Shown here: in pieces, positions 1 to 8,992 of the stretch
How the letters are laid out: each line of letters begins with the position of its first letter
How positions within the stretch are numbered: the first letter of the stretch is position 1
Source of the DNA: Anaerolineae bacterium
GTDB taxonomy: Bacteria; Chloroflexota; Anaerolineae; Aggregatilineales; Phototrophicaceae
Length of the DNA: 64,000 nt
Direction of reading: 5' to 3'
Assembly: GCA_023382675.1 (NCBI GenBank)
Contig: JAHDWN010000012.1
Span: 81,548 to 145,547, forward strand
Notes under the pieces: model-generated
Told to the model about the DNA's origin: nothing
Databases searched by the model: none
The model's input: only the letters and a program-made list of their open reading frames with translations
Program-made: the position numbers and the translations under genes

Positions 1-1588
1 GATTTCGCCCGCACTGCAAACCGCCATCGCCGCCGGTATCCCGGTGGTGACGATTGACCGCCGCGTCGAAGGTGTGGACGGCATCCTGGCGCACGTGGGG
101 GCGGACAACGTCCGTGGTGGCGAGATCCAGGCGGAAACGGTGATGGCAGCCTATCCCGACGGCGCGACCATTTTGCACCTGCAAGGGCAGCCAGCGTCCG
201 GCCCAGGCATCGACCGCAACCGTGGTGTGCACAACGTGCTGGACGGGGTATCTGACAAGTACCCGATCATCTTTGAGCAGACAGCCAACTTCCGCCGTGA
301 CGAGGGTTTGAGCGTCACCGAAGCGGCGCTGGCCGGGATGGCGACACCGCCCGACGTGATCATCGCCGCCAACGACGACATGGCGCTGGGTGCGCTCGAA
401 GCGGTCATCGGCCTGGGATTGCAGGATCAGATCGCCATCTACGGTTTCGATGCGCTGCCCGAGGCGCTGGCCAGCATCCGTGACGGCGGCCTGGCAGGCT
501 CGATCGAGCAGTCGCCGGGCGGTCAGAGCCGCACAGCCATGCGCGTCGCCGTGTTGAATGCGCGCGGTTGTGCCTATGATGCTAATCCGCTCGTCCTCCT
601 CGAACCCGTCATGATCACCATTGACAACCTCGATGCTGCCGAGCGTATCGGCGAGTTGGGTGACATGGGCGGCGCAGCCGATCTGTATGCGGATGCGATC
701 GCGAGCTGCCCGAACGACCAGGCGTTGACGATCATGGCGTCGCTGCCAGATCTGGCGTTCCCGTTCTTCGTGCACATGCAGCAGCAGATTGCCGCGGAAG
801 CGGAAGCCATCGGCAACATCACGCTGATCCAGCTTGACGGGGAGAATGACGCCACCAAGCAGACAGCCGATGTCGAGTCGGCCATCGTTCAGGGTGTAGA
901 TGCGATCGTCATCTCGCCGCTGCAGGTCGATGCGATTTCGCCTGCGCTGCAGACCGCCATCGCCGCCGGTATCCCGGTGGTAACGATTGACCGGCGCGTT
1001 GAAGGTGTGGACGGCATCCTGGCGCACGTGGGGGCGGACAACGTCCGCGGTGGCGAGATCCAGGCGGAAACGGTGATGGCAGCCTATCCGGACGGCGCGA
1101 CCATCTTACACCTGCAAGGGCAGCCGGCATCCGGCCCTGGCATCGACCGCAACCGCGGCGTGCATAACGTGCTCGATGCAGTCTCCGACAAGTACCCGAT
1201 TGTGTTCGAGCAGACGGCCAACTTCCGCCGTGACGAGGGCTTGAGCGTGACCGAAGCAGCGCTGGCCGGGATGGCGACACCGCCTGACGTGATCATCGCT
1301 GCGAACGACGACATGGCGCTGGGGGCGCTCGAAGCGGTCATCGGTCTGGGGTTGCAGGATCAGATCGCTATCTACGGTTTCGATGCGCTGCCCGAGGCGC
1401 TGGCCAGCATCCGTGACGGCGGCCTGGCAGGCTCGATCGAGCAGTCGCCGGGCGGTCAGAGCCGCACAGCCATGCGCGTCGCCGTGTTGAATGCGCGCGG
1501 TTGTGCCTATGATGCTAATCCGCTCGTCCTCCTCGAACCGGTCATGATCACCGCTGACAACCTCGATGCTGCCGAACGTATCGGTGAA
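1..1588. repeat. Direct tandem duplication, period exactly 933 nt (copy A 1-655, copy B 934-1588)
   Basis: nt 1-655 align base-for-base with 934-1588. I counted about 10 mismatches by eye in the first 180 nt, mostly at third codon positions. Similarity ends at ...AERIGE (about 655 / about 1588). Confidence 0.9.
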
Positions 1589-1597
1589 GTTCAGTAG
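2..1597 (+). CDS. Periplasmic sugar-binding protein (type I PBP, RbsB-like), 5'-truncated by the window edge; carries an internal in-frame duplication of a whole PBP unit
   Basis: The reading frame of the 44..1597 ORF is open back to nt 2 (ISPALQTAIAAGIPVVTIDRR). Motifs IPVVTIDRRVEG, ANDDMALGALEAV and YGFDALPEAL are typical of ribose/galactose-type binding proteins. The same ~218 aa recur at a 311-aa offset. Confidence 0.8.
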   Translation: MSPALQTAIAAGIPVVTIDRRVEGVDGILAHVGADNVRGGEIQAETVMAAYPDGATILHLQGQPASGPGIDRNRGVHNVLDGVSDKYPIIFEQTANFRRDEGLSVTEAALAGMATPPDVIIAANDDMALGALEAVIGLGLQDQIAIYGFDALPEALASIRDGGLAGSIEQSPGGQSRTAMRVAVLNARGCAYDANPLVLLEPVMITIDNLDAAERIGELGDMGGAADLYADAIASCPNDQALTIMASLPDLAFPFFVHMQQQIAAEAEAIGNITLIQLDGENDATKQTADVESAIVQGVDAIVISPLQVDAISPALQTAIAAGIPVVTIDRRVEGVDGILAHVGADNVRGGEIQAETVMAAYPDGATILHLQGQPASGPGIDRNRGVHNVLDAVSDKYPIVFEQTANFRRDEGLSVTEAALAGMATPPDVIIAANDDMALGALEAVIGLGLQDQIAIYGFDALPEALASIRDGGLAGSIEQSPGGQSRTAMRVAVLNARGCAYDANPLVLLEPVMITADNLDAAERIGEVQ

Positions 1598-1621
1598 AAA
1601 TTAACTGGCTTTCACACTTTA

Positions 1622-1650
1622 GGGCAGGTCGCCGACCTGCCCTATTTTTT
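1622..1650 (+). terminator. Rho-independent terminator after the PBP gene
   Basis: GGGCAGGTC-GCC-GACCTGCCC stem-loop followed by TATTTTTT. Confidence 0.75.
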
Positions 1651-1732
1651 CTAAAAGAGGCTCAATTCTTAAGCCTTTGCGGCTTTTGAACGCTTGGGAG
1701 ATCAATGGGAGTAGCGTATACTAGAAAAAGAT

Positions 1733-2446
1733 GTGTCATATAGAGAACCCGATCAACCCATGAGCATACAGCAGCCGGTTGAACAAACGCACGCAATTGG
1801 AGGTCCAGGCGCAATGCCACCTGAGAAAAGCGGATTGTACTACCCGAACAAGTTCGCCCGCCTCGCCATCCAAGCGATGGAAGAGATCATGGGGCGTAAT
1901 GGTTTGAACGCGATTCTGAACGCAGGCAACCTGAAACAATACATCGACAACTACCCGCCGGATAATCTGGAAAAGCAATTCGATTTCCGTGATTTCACGG
2001 CGTTGAACGTCGCGCTGGAAGATACCTATGGCCCACGCGGTGGCCGTGCGCTGGCACTCCGTGCCGGGCGTGCGATCTTCGCCGGGGGTCTGCGTTCATT
2101 TGGGGCGCTCGCCGGGGTGGGTGATCTTGCTTTCAAAGTGCTGCCTTTGAGCGCTAAACTTCGCGTCGGGTTGCCGGCAATGGCGAACATCTTTACGCAG
2201 TTCTCGGATCAGATCTCCAACGTCTACGAAGAGGGCAACGACAAGATCATCTATACGATGGAACGCTGCGCCCTGTGTTGGAATCGCAAGGCGGATGTGC
2301 CGGTCTGCCACATGGGGCAGGGATTGCTGCAGGAAGGCCTGCGCTGGGTGAGCGGTGGTCGTGAGTTCAAAGTCGATATGACGACCTGCATCGCCAAGGG
2401 TGACGACATGTCGCGCTTCGTCATCTATAAAGAGCCGATTGCCTGA
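1733..2446 (+). CDS. V4R (4-vinyl reductase-like) small-molecule-binding domain protein
   Basis: The C-terminal segment ERCALCWNRKADVPVCHMGQGLLQEGLRWVSGG resembles the V4R/XylR-N-type ligand-binding fold. The start is GTG 1733, or alternatively ATG 1760. Confidence 0.6.
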   Translation: MSYREPDQPMSIQQPVEQTHAIGGPGAMPPEKSGLYYPNKFARLAIQAMEEIMGRNGLNAILNAGNLKQYIDNYPPDNLEKQFDFRDFTALNVALEDTYGPRGGRALALRAGRAIFAGGLRSFGALAGVGDLAFKVLPLSAKLRVGLPAMANIFTQFSDQISNVYEEGNDKIIYTMERCALCWNRKADVPVCHMGQGLLQEGLRWVSGGREFKVDMTTCIAKGDDMSRFVIYKEPIA

Positions 2447-2483
2447 TTGAACTCTTTTCGTCACATCTTGCAGAGATTGATAA

Positions 2484-2510
2484 GGGGACACTGCTGCGTG
2501 TCCCCTTTGT
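2484..2510. terminator. Stem-loop between convergent genes (bidirectional terminator candidate)
   Basis: GGGGACAC-TGCTGC-GTGTCCCC followed by TTTGTC. Confidence 0.6.
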
Positions 2511-2544
2511 CATATTGTCGGGTGGTGACGGTTGAGGCGCGCGG

Positions 2545-3009
2545 TTAACGTCCGCTGTAGGTGACGGTGATGTCTGTACCCGTAATAACAATACTCTGCA
2601 CGCGACCTGTGCCGGCCTGTTGGCGGACGTAATTGCGCCACGATGCGCTGATAGAAGCGTTGATCTGGTTGATCAGATCTTGCGACGCCGGTTCGCCGTT
2701 GGCAGATGCACTCGTCAGCGTCCAATAGATGCGACCGTTGCTTACACGCGGCTCGTAGACAGCCTCGACCTGATAGGTGCCGCGGCGATATGTCTGCGTT
2801 GACGAAATGACGGCCTGGCCCGGCAGCAAATCAACACTCACATCTGTCACCGAACGCCGCCAGGGGTTGCTGACGCGATACGAATTGTTGATTTGATCTT
2901 CTGTCCAGGTGACTGACCGCGTGTTGGTCTGCGCAGCGGCAACCGAGAATGGCAGGGCCAGGACGACGATAGCAACCAGCATCATCATTAGACGAGAGAC
3001 TGACTTCAT
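2545..3009 (-). CDS. Small secreted protein, unknown function
   Basis: AAGGAG lies 6 nt upstream of ATG 3009. Signal peptide MKSVSRLMMMLVAIVVLALPFSVAAAQ. I recognise no family. Confidence 0.6.
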   Translation of the reverse strand: MKSVSRLMMMLVAIVVLALPFSVAAAQTNTRSVTWTEDQINNSYRVSNPWRRSVTDVSVDLLPGQAVISSTQTYRRGTYQVEAVYEPRVSNGRIYWTLTSASANGEPASQDLINQINASISASWRNYVRQQAGTGRVQSIVITGTDITVTYSGR

Positions 3010-3121
3010 GTTTTGCTCCTTACATCGCATGATCTACGATGGCCTTAGCGTAGATGCAAGGTGTTGCCGAAGTATGTTGAGAAGTAACCGCGTTGTAAAC
3101 CCTTTGTAAAACGCTTTCTTC

Positions 3122-5002
3122 TTAAGCTGGCCGCACGATAATGTGTGTGCGGTCTGCCCCCGGCTTTGCGCGCACATACAAGCGCTGGCGCTCGCGATCG
3201 TATTCGTATTCTGCTCCCTCGATTTCAACCACAAGCCCCTCAGGATATTGCAGTGTGGGGATATAAATCTCGGTGGGCATCGTCACGGCCGCAGCGGGGC
3301 GATACCCATATTCGAATGTGCGCGACTCAAGCTCGAAGCTCATGTCAAGCGGTTCGCCTGCTGTCGCCAGCGCGTAGGGGCGAACACATCCGGCCAGGGC
3401 ACGACCGCCGCTGTTGATATCACCAGGATCGGTTTGCTGATCGCGGCTGAAGACAGACAGGTCTTCATCATTCCACATATCGCCGCGTTCATTGGTGTTA
3501 TCAGCGGTGTAATTCCAGATGGTCGCGCTCAGGAAATTGGCGTCCAGCGCGTCGTAGTAGTTATCCAGCGCCTGAACGTGGAGTGAGAAATCGCCATCGC
3601 GGTAGGCCTGTTTATCGAACAGATCGAACGGCAAACCGAATTCACCGATCAGGCTGGGGATGCCACCCATCTTTGCGGCTGCCTCCTGTTTCGAATGCCC
3701 AAGCTGATCTGTGTAGGTCTGTTTGACCTCATCCTTGCCGTAGATCATGCTGGTGCCGAAGAAATCGAGCGCCATTTCCGGGTTGTACATTTTCGTAAAC
3801 AGCGTCAGCGCGTCATACCAGTGCGCGGCGTTGACCGCCTGAGGCGCGTCGTCTGTGCTCCAATCCGGGTGGATGCCGCCGGGCGCGCCTTCCAGAAAGA
3901 GCAGCGCGTCCGGTTGAATTTCCCGAACATTGCCGATAAAACGGCGCATGAACGGTTTGAGGTGGTCGGTGATGAAATCGACTGGGCGACCCTGAGCTTG
4001 AGCAAAGTAATCCGGGCGCAGCAGGATCGGTTTGCCTCCATCGTCTGTCCAGATGCCGTGCTGCTGCCAGGGACATTCATACCCCGGCAGCCAGATCGAG
4101 ACCCCGTCGGAATTGAGTAGTTCTTCACTGCCGCTGGCAGCGCCTGAGCCTAGATCATAAACCGTCACTTTCTGCGGGTAGCCGGAAGCAGAAGCCATCG
4201 CCTGAAACGGCGTTGGCATAGCGCCGTACAAAAGCAGCGTGTCAGGCAACGGTTGGGCCAGACTGGGTGCGCCGATGAATCCGGACGCAGGTTCATTCAT
4301 GGTGTCGTAGCCGACCACATTGGGCAGATCGCGGAGCCGATATGCAACTTGGCGCATAGCCTTGAAGTAGTGTGTTTGGAGATACTCCTGAATATTGACC
4401 CCTTCAATTTTGCGCTCTGGCGCGAAAGCCGCCCCGGCGAAAAACAGGGTGAACATGGTCGCTGCCGCATAGCGTGTCTTGTTGGTAGGCCAGATCATAC
4501 GCGGAAACGGATCGCCGAGCGTCTGGTGCGTGATCGCTGCGCCTGCTTGTCCCAGTTTAGACAGGTCCATGCCAACGGCCTCTAATGTCCAGCCAGGCGC
4601 GCCGTCTCCGCCCGTCCAGCGGCTCCAGACATCCTGATGCGGATCGATGAAGACACGGATGCCGTATTGATCCGCCTTGAGCAAAATGGCGCGGAGATAA
4701 TCGAGATATTCCTCGTCATATTCTCCGGGGCCATTGTGCTCGATCGCCTCCCACGTGACGATGAAGCGCAAGAAGGTCATGCCCCACGCTGCGAGCCGGC
4801 GCAGATGTTCATCCGCCTCGGCCAATGGGAAGGGCCTGCCGACGAACGACACATGACGATGATCGTAGAAGCCCTCACGCTGGTAAGTCGCCCCGTCCGG
4901 TTTGTACGGAACTTTGCTGCTGCCGCCAAGATTTGCGCCGCGAAGGAGAAGCGTGCGTCCATGCTCGTCTTGGAAATGCGCGCCCTGCGCCGAAATGCTC
5001 AT
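3122..5002 (-). CDS. Glycoside hydrolase family 5 (cellulase-superfamily beta-glycosidase, endoglycoceramidase-like)
   Basis: LLLRGANLGG and FIDPHQDVWSRWTGGDGAPGW are present. The acid/base motif is NEP (GYDTMNEPASG) and the nucleophile motif is IGEFG. ATG 5002 has GAGG upstream; ATG 5026 is an alternative start. Confidence 0.8.
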   Translation of the reverse strand: MSISAQGAHFQDEHGRTLLLRGANLGGSSKVPYKPDGATYQREGFYDHRHVSFVGRPFPLAEADEHLRRLAAWGMTFLRFIVTWEAIEHNGPGEYDEEYLDYLRAILLKADQYGIRVFIDPHQDVWSRWTGGDGAPGWTLEAVGMDLSKLGQAGAAITHQTLGDPFPRMIWPTNKTRYAAATMFTLFFAGAAFAPERKIEGVNIQEYLQTHYFKAMRQVAYRLRDLPNVVGYDTMNEPASGFIGAPSLAQPLPDTLLLYGAMPTPFQAMASASGYPQKVTVYDLGSGAASGSEELLNSDGVSIWLPGYECPWQQHGIWTDDGGKPILLRPDYFAQAQGRPVDFITDHLKPFMRRFIGNVREIQPDALLFLEGAPGGIHPDWSTDDAPQAVNAAHWYDALTLFTKMYNPEMALDFFGTSMIYGKDEVKQTYTDQLGHSKQEAAAKMGGIPSLIGEFGLPFDLFDKQAYRDGDFSLHVQALDNYYDALDANFLSATIWNYTADNTNERGDMWNDEDLSVFSRDQQTDPGDINSGGRALAGCVRPYALATAGEPLDMSFELESRTFEYGYRPAAAVTMPTEIYIPTLQYPEGLVVEIEGAEYEYDRERQRLYVRAKPGADRTHIIVRPA

Positions 5003-5190
5003 TACGAACCTCTTTCTATTCATCATGGCAAGGATTGTACCCCGAAGGCTGCCGGGGTGGTGTGATGTTGAAGTGCGCGATTAAGCCCTTTGCAAGTGTG
5101 GGTGCAGATATTCCAGGGAAATGTGCATTTGTTCTGTGAACGTAGTACACTTGTTCCATCACGCTTCTACCCTTCAGCGAGGAATAGTTG

Positions 5191-8028
5191 ATGCTTTACA
5201 TCCTCGACGGTCATGCGCTGGCTTATCGGCATTACTTCGCGCAGTCACGCCATCAGCTTTCAACCAACACTGGAGAACCGACTGGCGCGGTCTATGGCTT
5301 TGCGCGCACGCTCCTGGATATTTTGCTCCAGGATAAACCGAAGTATCTCATCGTGGCCTTCGACGAAGGCATGAGCGGGCGCGACAAGCTCTATCCTGAG
5401 TACAAGGGCACACGCGAAAAAATGCCGGAAGACCTCGATGTGCAGATGGGACGCATTCGCCAACTGGTCGAAGCCTTCAATATTCCGATTCTGGCCAAAG
5501 AGGGGTACGAAGCAGACGACTTGATGGGCACGATTGCGCGCCAGGCCGCCGCGCAGGGCATCGACGCTCTTATCATCACCGGCGATAGAGACTTGCTGCA
5601 GCTTCTCGACGAACATGTCACTGTGCGTCTGGCTGTGCCGATTGCTGGCAAAGAAGATGAAATCTATGACGTAGCCCGCTTCCGCGAGAAGTGGGGCTTC
5701 GAACCACGCCAGTTGATCGACTACAAAGCGATTGTCGGCGATACTTCCGACAATATCCCCGGCGTCGCTGGGGTTGGCGACAAAGGGGCGACGTCGTTGA
5801 TTCAGCAGTTCGGCTCGCTCGACGCTATCTATGCGAATCTCGATCAAATCGCGGCGGGGGTTCAAAAGAAGCTGGCCGCAGGCCGGGACTCCGCCTACCT
5901 GAGCTATCAATTGGCGACGATTCACACCGATCTCGACGCGAAGTTTGACGCTGACGCCTGCCTGGCCCACGATTTCGACGGGCGCAAAGTGCGCGCTCTG
6001 TTTGAGGAGCTTCAGTTCAGAAGCCTGATCAAGCAGCTTGATCGTCTCAAACCACCGGAAGAAGGCGAGGCCGAAAGTGACGCCCGCGATCCTGGCGATT
6101 TACCGGCAGCGCATGAAGTTATCCGCACCGTAGTTGTTGATGATGAAGCTGCTCTGCGTGATCTCGTTGACACGCTCAATCGGGCAGAGGCGATTGCGTT
6201 CGATACGGAAACCACCGGGGTCGATCAGACGACCGCTGAATTGGTTGGCATATCACTCTCTGTTGATGGTGAGACTGGCTACTATATCCCGGTGGGGCAT
6301 CGCGCCGGGCAGGCCGATGCAGGCATGTTGTTTCCGGTCGAAGAGGCGCAGCCGTCGGAGAAACAGCTTCCGTTCGACACTGTGATCGATGCCCTGCGCC
6401 CATCCCTTACGAACCCGCGGATCAGGAAGATCGCACACAACGCTAACTATGACATGGTCGTTTTGTCGCGCTATGGCATAGATGTCGATCCGATGACGTT
6501 TGACACAATGATTGCTGAGTGGCTGCGCGGCGATGCCAGTGCCAACCTCGGCCTCAAGAAGCTCACAGGGTTTTTGCTGCGCTTGCAGATGACCGAGATC
6601 AAGGAACTGCTCGGCAGCGGCAAGAAACAAATCACCATGGATCAGGTTGCTATAGAAAAAGCGGCCCCGTATGCAGCCGCCGATGCCGCCTGTACCTACC
6701 GGCTTGCCAGGGTCTTACACGACAAGCTGAAAGGCATGAATGGTGATGAACGCATTTTAAAGCTGTTCGATGAGATGGAAATGCCGTTGGTGCCTGTGCT
6801 GACGGATATGGAGCGCAATGGGGTCTTGATTGACACCAACGAACTTGCGCGCCAGAGTGTTGCTTTGCAAACGGATATGAACCGCCTCGAAGGTGAAATC
6901 TACGCCAGCAGCGGCGGCTACGGCCCGTTCAATATCAACAGCCCGAAGCAGTTGAATGATGTCCTGTTCGGAAAATTGGGGATCAAGACGGAAGGGCTGC
7001 GGCGCACCACCCACGGTATTACAACGGATGCGGCCACCCTGGAGGAACTTGCAAGTCAATATCCGCAATACCCGATTCTGAAACTGATCCTCGAATATCG
7101 CGAGCTGGCGAAGCTCAAGGGCACGTATGTTGACGCATTGCCAGCGCTCGTCATCCCCGCAACCGGGCGTGTACACACCGATTTCAACCAAACGGGCACA
7201 AGCAGTGGCCGGTTGAGCAGCAGCAATCCCAATCTTCAGAACATCCCGATCCGCACGGAGGCGGGGCGTCGCGTTCGTGCCGCCTTTATCGCGCCGCCGG
7301 ATTATGTGCTGTTATCCGTTGACTACAGTCAGGTCGAACTCCGCATCGCGGCGCACATTGCGGCTGAACGATATGGGGATACGGCGCTGCTCGACGCATT
7401 CGCGCAAGGGCAGGACATTCACGCAGCCACGGCAGCGATTGTCTACGGCATTCCCCTGGCCGAAGTCACTAAAACGCATCGTATGTTCGCAAAACGGGTG
7501 AACTTCGGCATTCTCTATGGCATGGGTGCTTTCCGTCTGGCGCGCGAAAGTGACATGACCCACGCAGAAGCACAGAAATTCATCGAGACGTATTTCGCGC
7601 GCATCCCCGGGGTCCGGCAATACATTGAGGACACAAAACAAATGATGCGTGAACAAGGGTACGTCCAGACGCTTTTTGGGCGGCGGCGCGTCTTTCCGAA
7701 TGTCGGTTCGCTCAACCGCACAATCCAGGGACAGCTCGAACGAGAAGCGATCAATATGCCCATCCAGGGAACAGCGGCGGATGTGCTCAAAATCGCCATG
7801 ATCGACCTGCACCACGAACTCAATGCCAGGCAGACCGGCGCGCGGTTGCTGCTCCAGGTGCATGACGAATTGGTGTTGGAAGCCCCGGAAGCGACCATGC
7901 ACGAGACGGCGCAACTTGTGGTCGATGTGATGGAAAATGCGTACCGGCGCTTTGGCATCGAATTCCTTGTGCCACTCAAGGCGAATGCACAGTGGGGACA
8001 CAATTGGCTGGATTTGAAAGCAGTTTGA
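5191..8028 (+). CDS. polA: DNA polymerase I
   Basis: 5'-nuclease N-terminus (LDGHALAYRHYF, GDRDLLQL), 3'-5' exo motif AFDTETTG, and polymerase motifs DYSQVELRI, KRVNFGILYGM and QVHDELV. Confidence 0.97.
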   Translation: MLYILDGHALAYRHYFAQSRHQLSTNTGEPTGAVYGFARTLLDILLQDKPKYLIVAFDEGMSGRDKLYPEYKGTREKMPEDLDVQMGRIRQLVEAFNIPILAKEGYEADDLMGTIARQAAAQGIDALIITGDRDLLQLLDEHVTVRLAVPIAGKEDEIYDVARFREKWGFEPRQLIDYKAIVGDTSDNIPGVAGVGDKGATSLIQQFGSLDAIYANLDQIAAGVQKKLAAGRDSAYLSYQLATIHTDLDAKFDADACLAHDFDGRKVRALFEELQFRSLIKQLDRLKPPEEGEAESDARDPGDLPAAHEVIRTVVVDDEAALRDLVDTLNRAEAIAFDTETTGVDQTTAELVGISLSVDGETGYYIPVGHRAGQADAGMLFPVEEAQPSEKQLPFDTVIDALRPSLTNPRIRKIAHNANYDMVVLSRYGIDVDPMTFDTMIAEWLRGDASANLGLKKLTGFLLRLQMTEIKELLGSGKKQITMDQVAIEKAAPYAAADAACTYRLARVLHDKLKGMNGDERILKLFDEMEMPLVPVLTDMERNGVLIDTNELARQSVALQTDMNRLEGEIYASSGGYGPFNINSPKQLNDVLFGKLGIKTEGLRRTTHGITTDAATLEELASQYPQYPILKLILEYRELAKLKGTYVDALPALVIPATGRVHTDFNQTGTSSGRLSSSNPNLQNIPIRTEAGRRVRAAFIAPPDYVLLSVDYSQVELRIAAHIAAERYGDTALLDAFAQGQDIHAATAAIVYGIPLAEVTKTHRMFAKRVNFGILYGMGAFRLARESDMTHAEAQKFIETYFARIPGVRQYIEDTKQMMREQGYVQTLFGRRRVFPNVGSLNRTIQGQLEREAINMPIQGTAADVLKIAMIDLHHELNARQTGARLLLQVHDELVLEAPEATMHETAQLVVDVMENAYRRFGIEFLVPLKANAQWGHNWLDLKAV

Positions 8029-8333
8029 TCTGTTAGGCCATGTGCAGCCTGACTCGGTCTCGACACGTTCATCGCAGTCGGGTGCAAAAGCGAACGATTT
8101 TTGCGCCCGACTCGGTGAGAAACACGCAAAAACGGCAGTTTGGCTTACTTTTGGACGAGTATCTTGTGTTGAATCCGATTATTCTGTATAGTTTGCTCGC
8201 ACCGTGTCTCTGATGTTATTTCAACATTTGCTTAACCAATTCAATTCATCACCACTTGTCCCGTGTGCAGCGGGAAATTTGAGTCTTGTCTTGCTATGAG
8301 TGTCGTCGCCACTCTTCAAAGGGGTAGTCACAA

Positions 8334-8954
8334 ATGTCCGCAAAGAACTGGATAGCGATACTGATAATCATTGTCGGGATCATCGGGATTATCGCCGGGT
8401 TTCTGAACAATGCCTTTGGCGATCCCGTGGGTAGTTTTCTGACTTTCAGCGCACTCCAGGTATTCTGGTTGGGTGTGCTCTGGGCAGTGGTCGGCTTAAT
8501 TCTGCTGCTTTTCATGCCCGACCGTGCGCCTGAGCCTGCCGTCGATGTCTCCAGGTTCGACCGAATTGAAACCCAGATTCGCGGTTTTGAGGGTCGTGTC
8601 CAGGAGGTTGACAACCGCTTCCAGGCAAAATTGGGGGATTTTGACACTCGTGTGAAAACCCTAGAGGCTGCGCCGAGCGCCTTCGCCAAATTGCCGGTCA
8701 GCGACGATGATCTCGAAGTCCTTGAGGGCGTTGGCCCGAAATTCGCGGCGGCACTGAGAGCAGCGGGCATCGATACCTTTGCCAGGCTGGCAAATTCCAC
8801 CGAATCTGAGCTGCGCATCGCCATCGAAAACGCTGGGATGAGCTTCGCGCCGAGCATTCCTACCTGGGCGCGGCAAGCACAATACCTGGTCAACGGCGAT
8901 TGGGAAGGCTTCCAGGAATATGTGCGTCGTCTCACTGCCGGGCGTGACGCTTAA
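8334..8954 (+). CDS. Membrane protein with C-terminal helix-hairpin-helix-like domain
   Basis: Two N-terminal TM helices and a coiled segment. The C-terminal LEVLEGVGPKFAAALRAAGIDTFARLANSTESEL...TWARQAQYLVNGDW resembles the HhH module appended to some ribosomal or respiratory proteins. Confidence 0.6.
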   Translation: MSAKNWIAILIIIVGIIGIIAGFLNNAFGDPVGSFLTFSALQVFWLGVLWAVVGLILLLFMPDRAPEPAVDVSRFDRIETQIRGFEGRVQEVDNRFQAKLGDFDTRVKTLEAAPSAFAKLPVSDDDLEVLEGVGPKFAAALRAAGIDTFARLANSTESELRIAIENAGMSFAPSIPTWARQAQYLVNGDWEGFQEYVRRLTAGRDA

Positions 8955-8992
8955 GTGCGTCCCTCCGACACCTTGTGAACGATGAGGTATTC

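Noticed and set aside
5111-5140. AAATGTGCATTTGTTCTGTGA between the GH5 gene and polA, which contains TGTGC/TGTGA half-sites resembling the island box
   Set aside because: The half-sites are in direct rather than inverted orientation and do not form the CACA-NN-TGTG core. An 11-nt identity with 39021-39031 is expected by chance in 64 kb. It is too weak to add to the regulon.
8077-8113. Imperfect hairpin GTCGGGTGCAAAA-N8-TTTTTGCGCCCGAC downstream of polA
   Set aside because: It is plausibly the polA terminator. However, the T-run is inside the stem rather than after it, so I did not list it as a supported feature.
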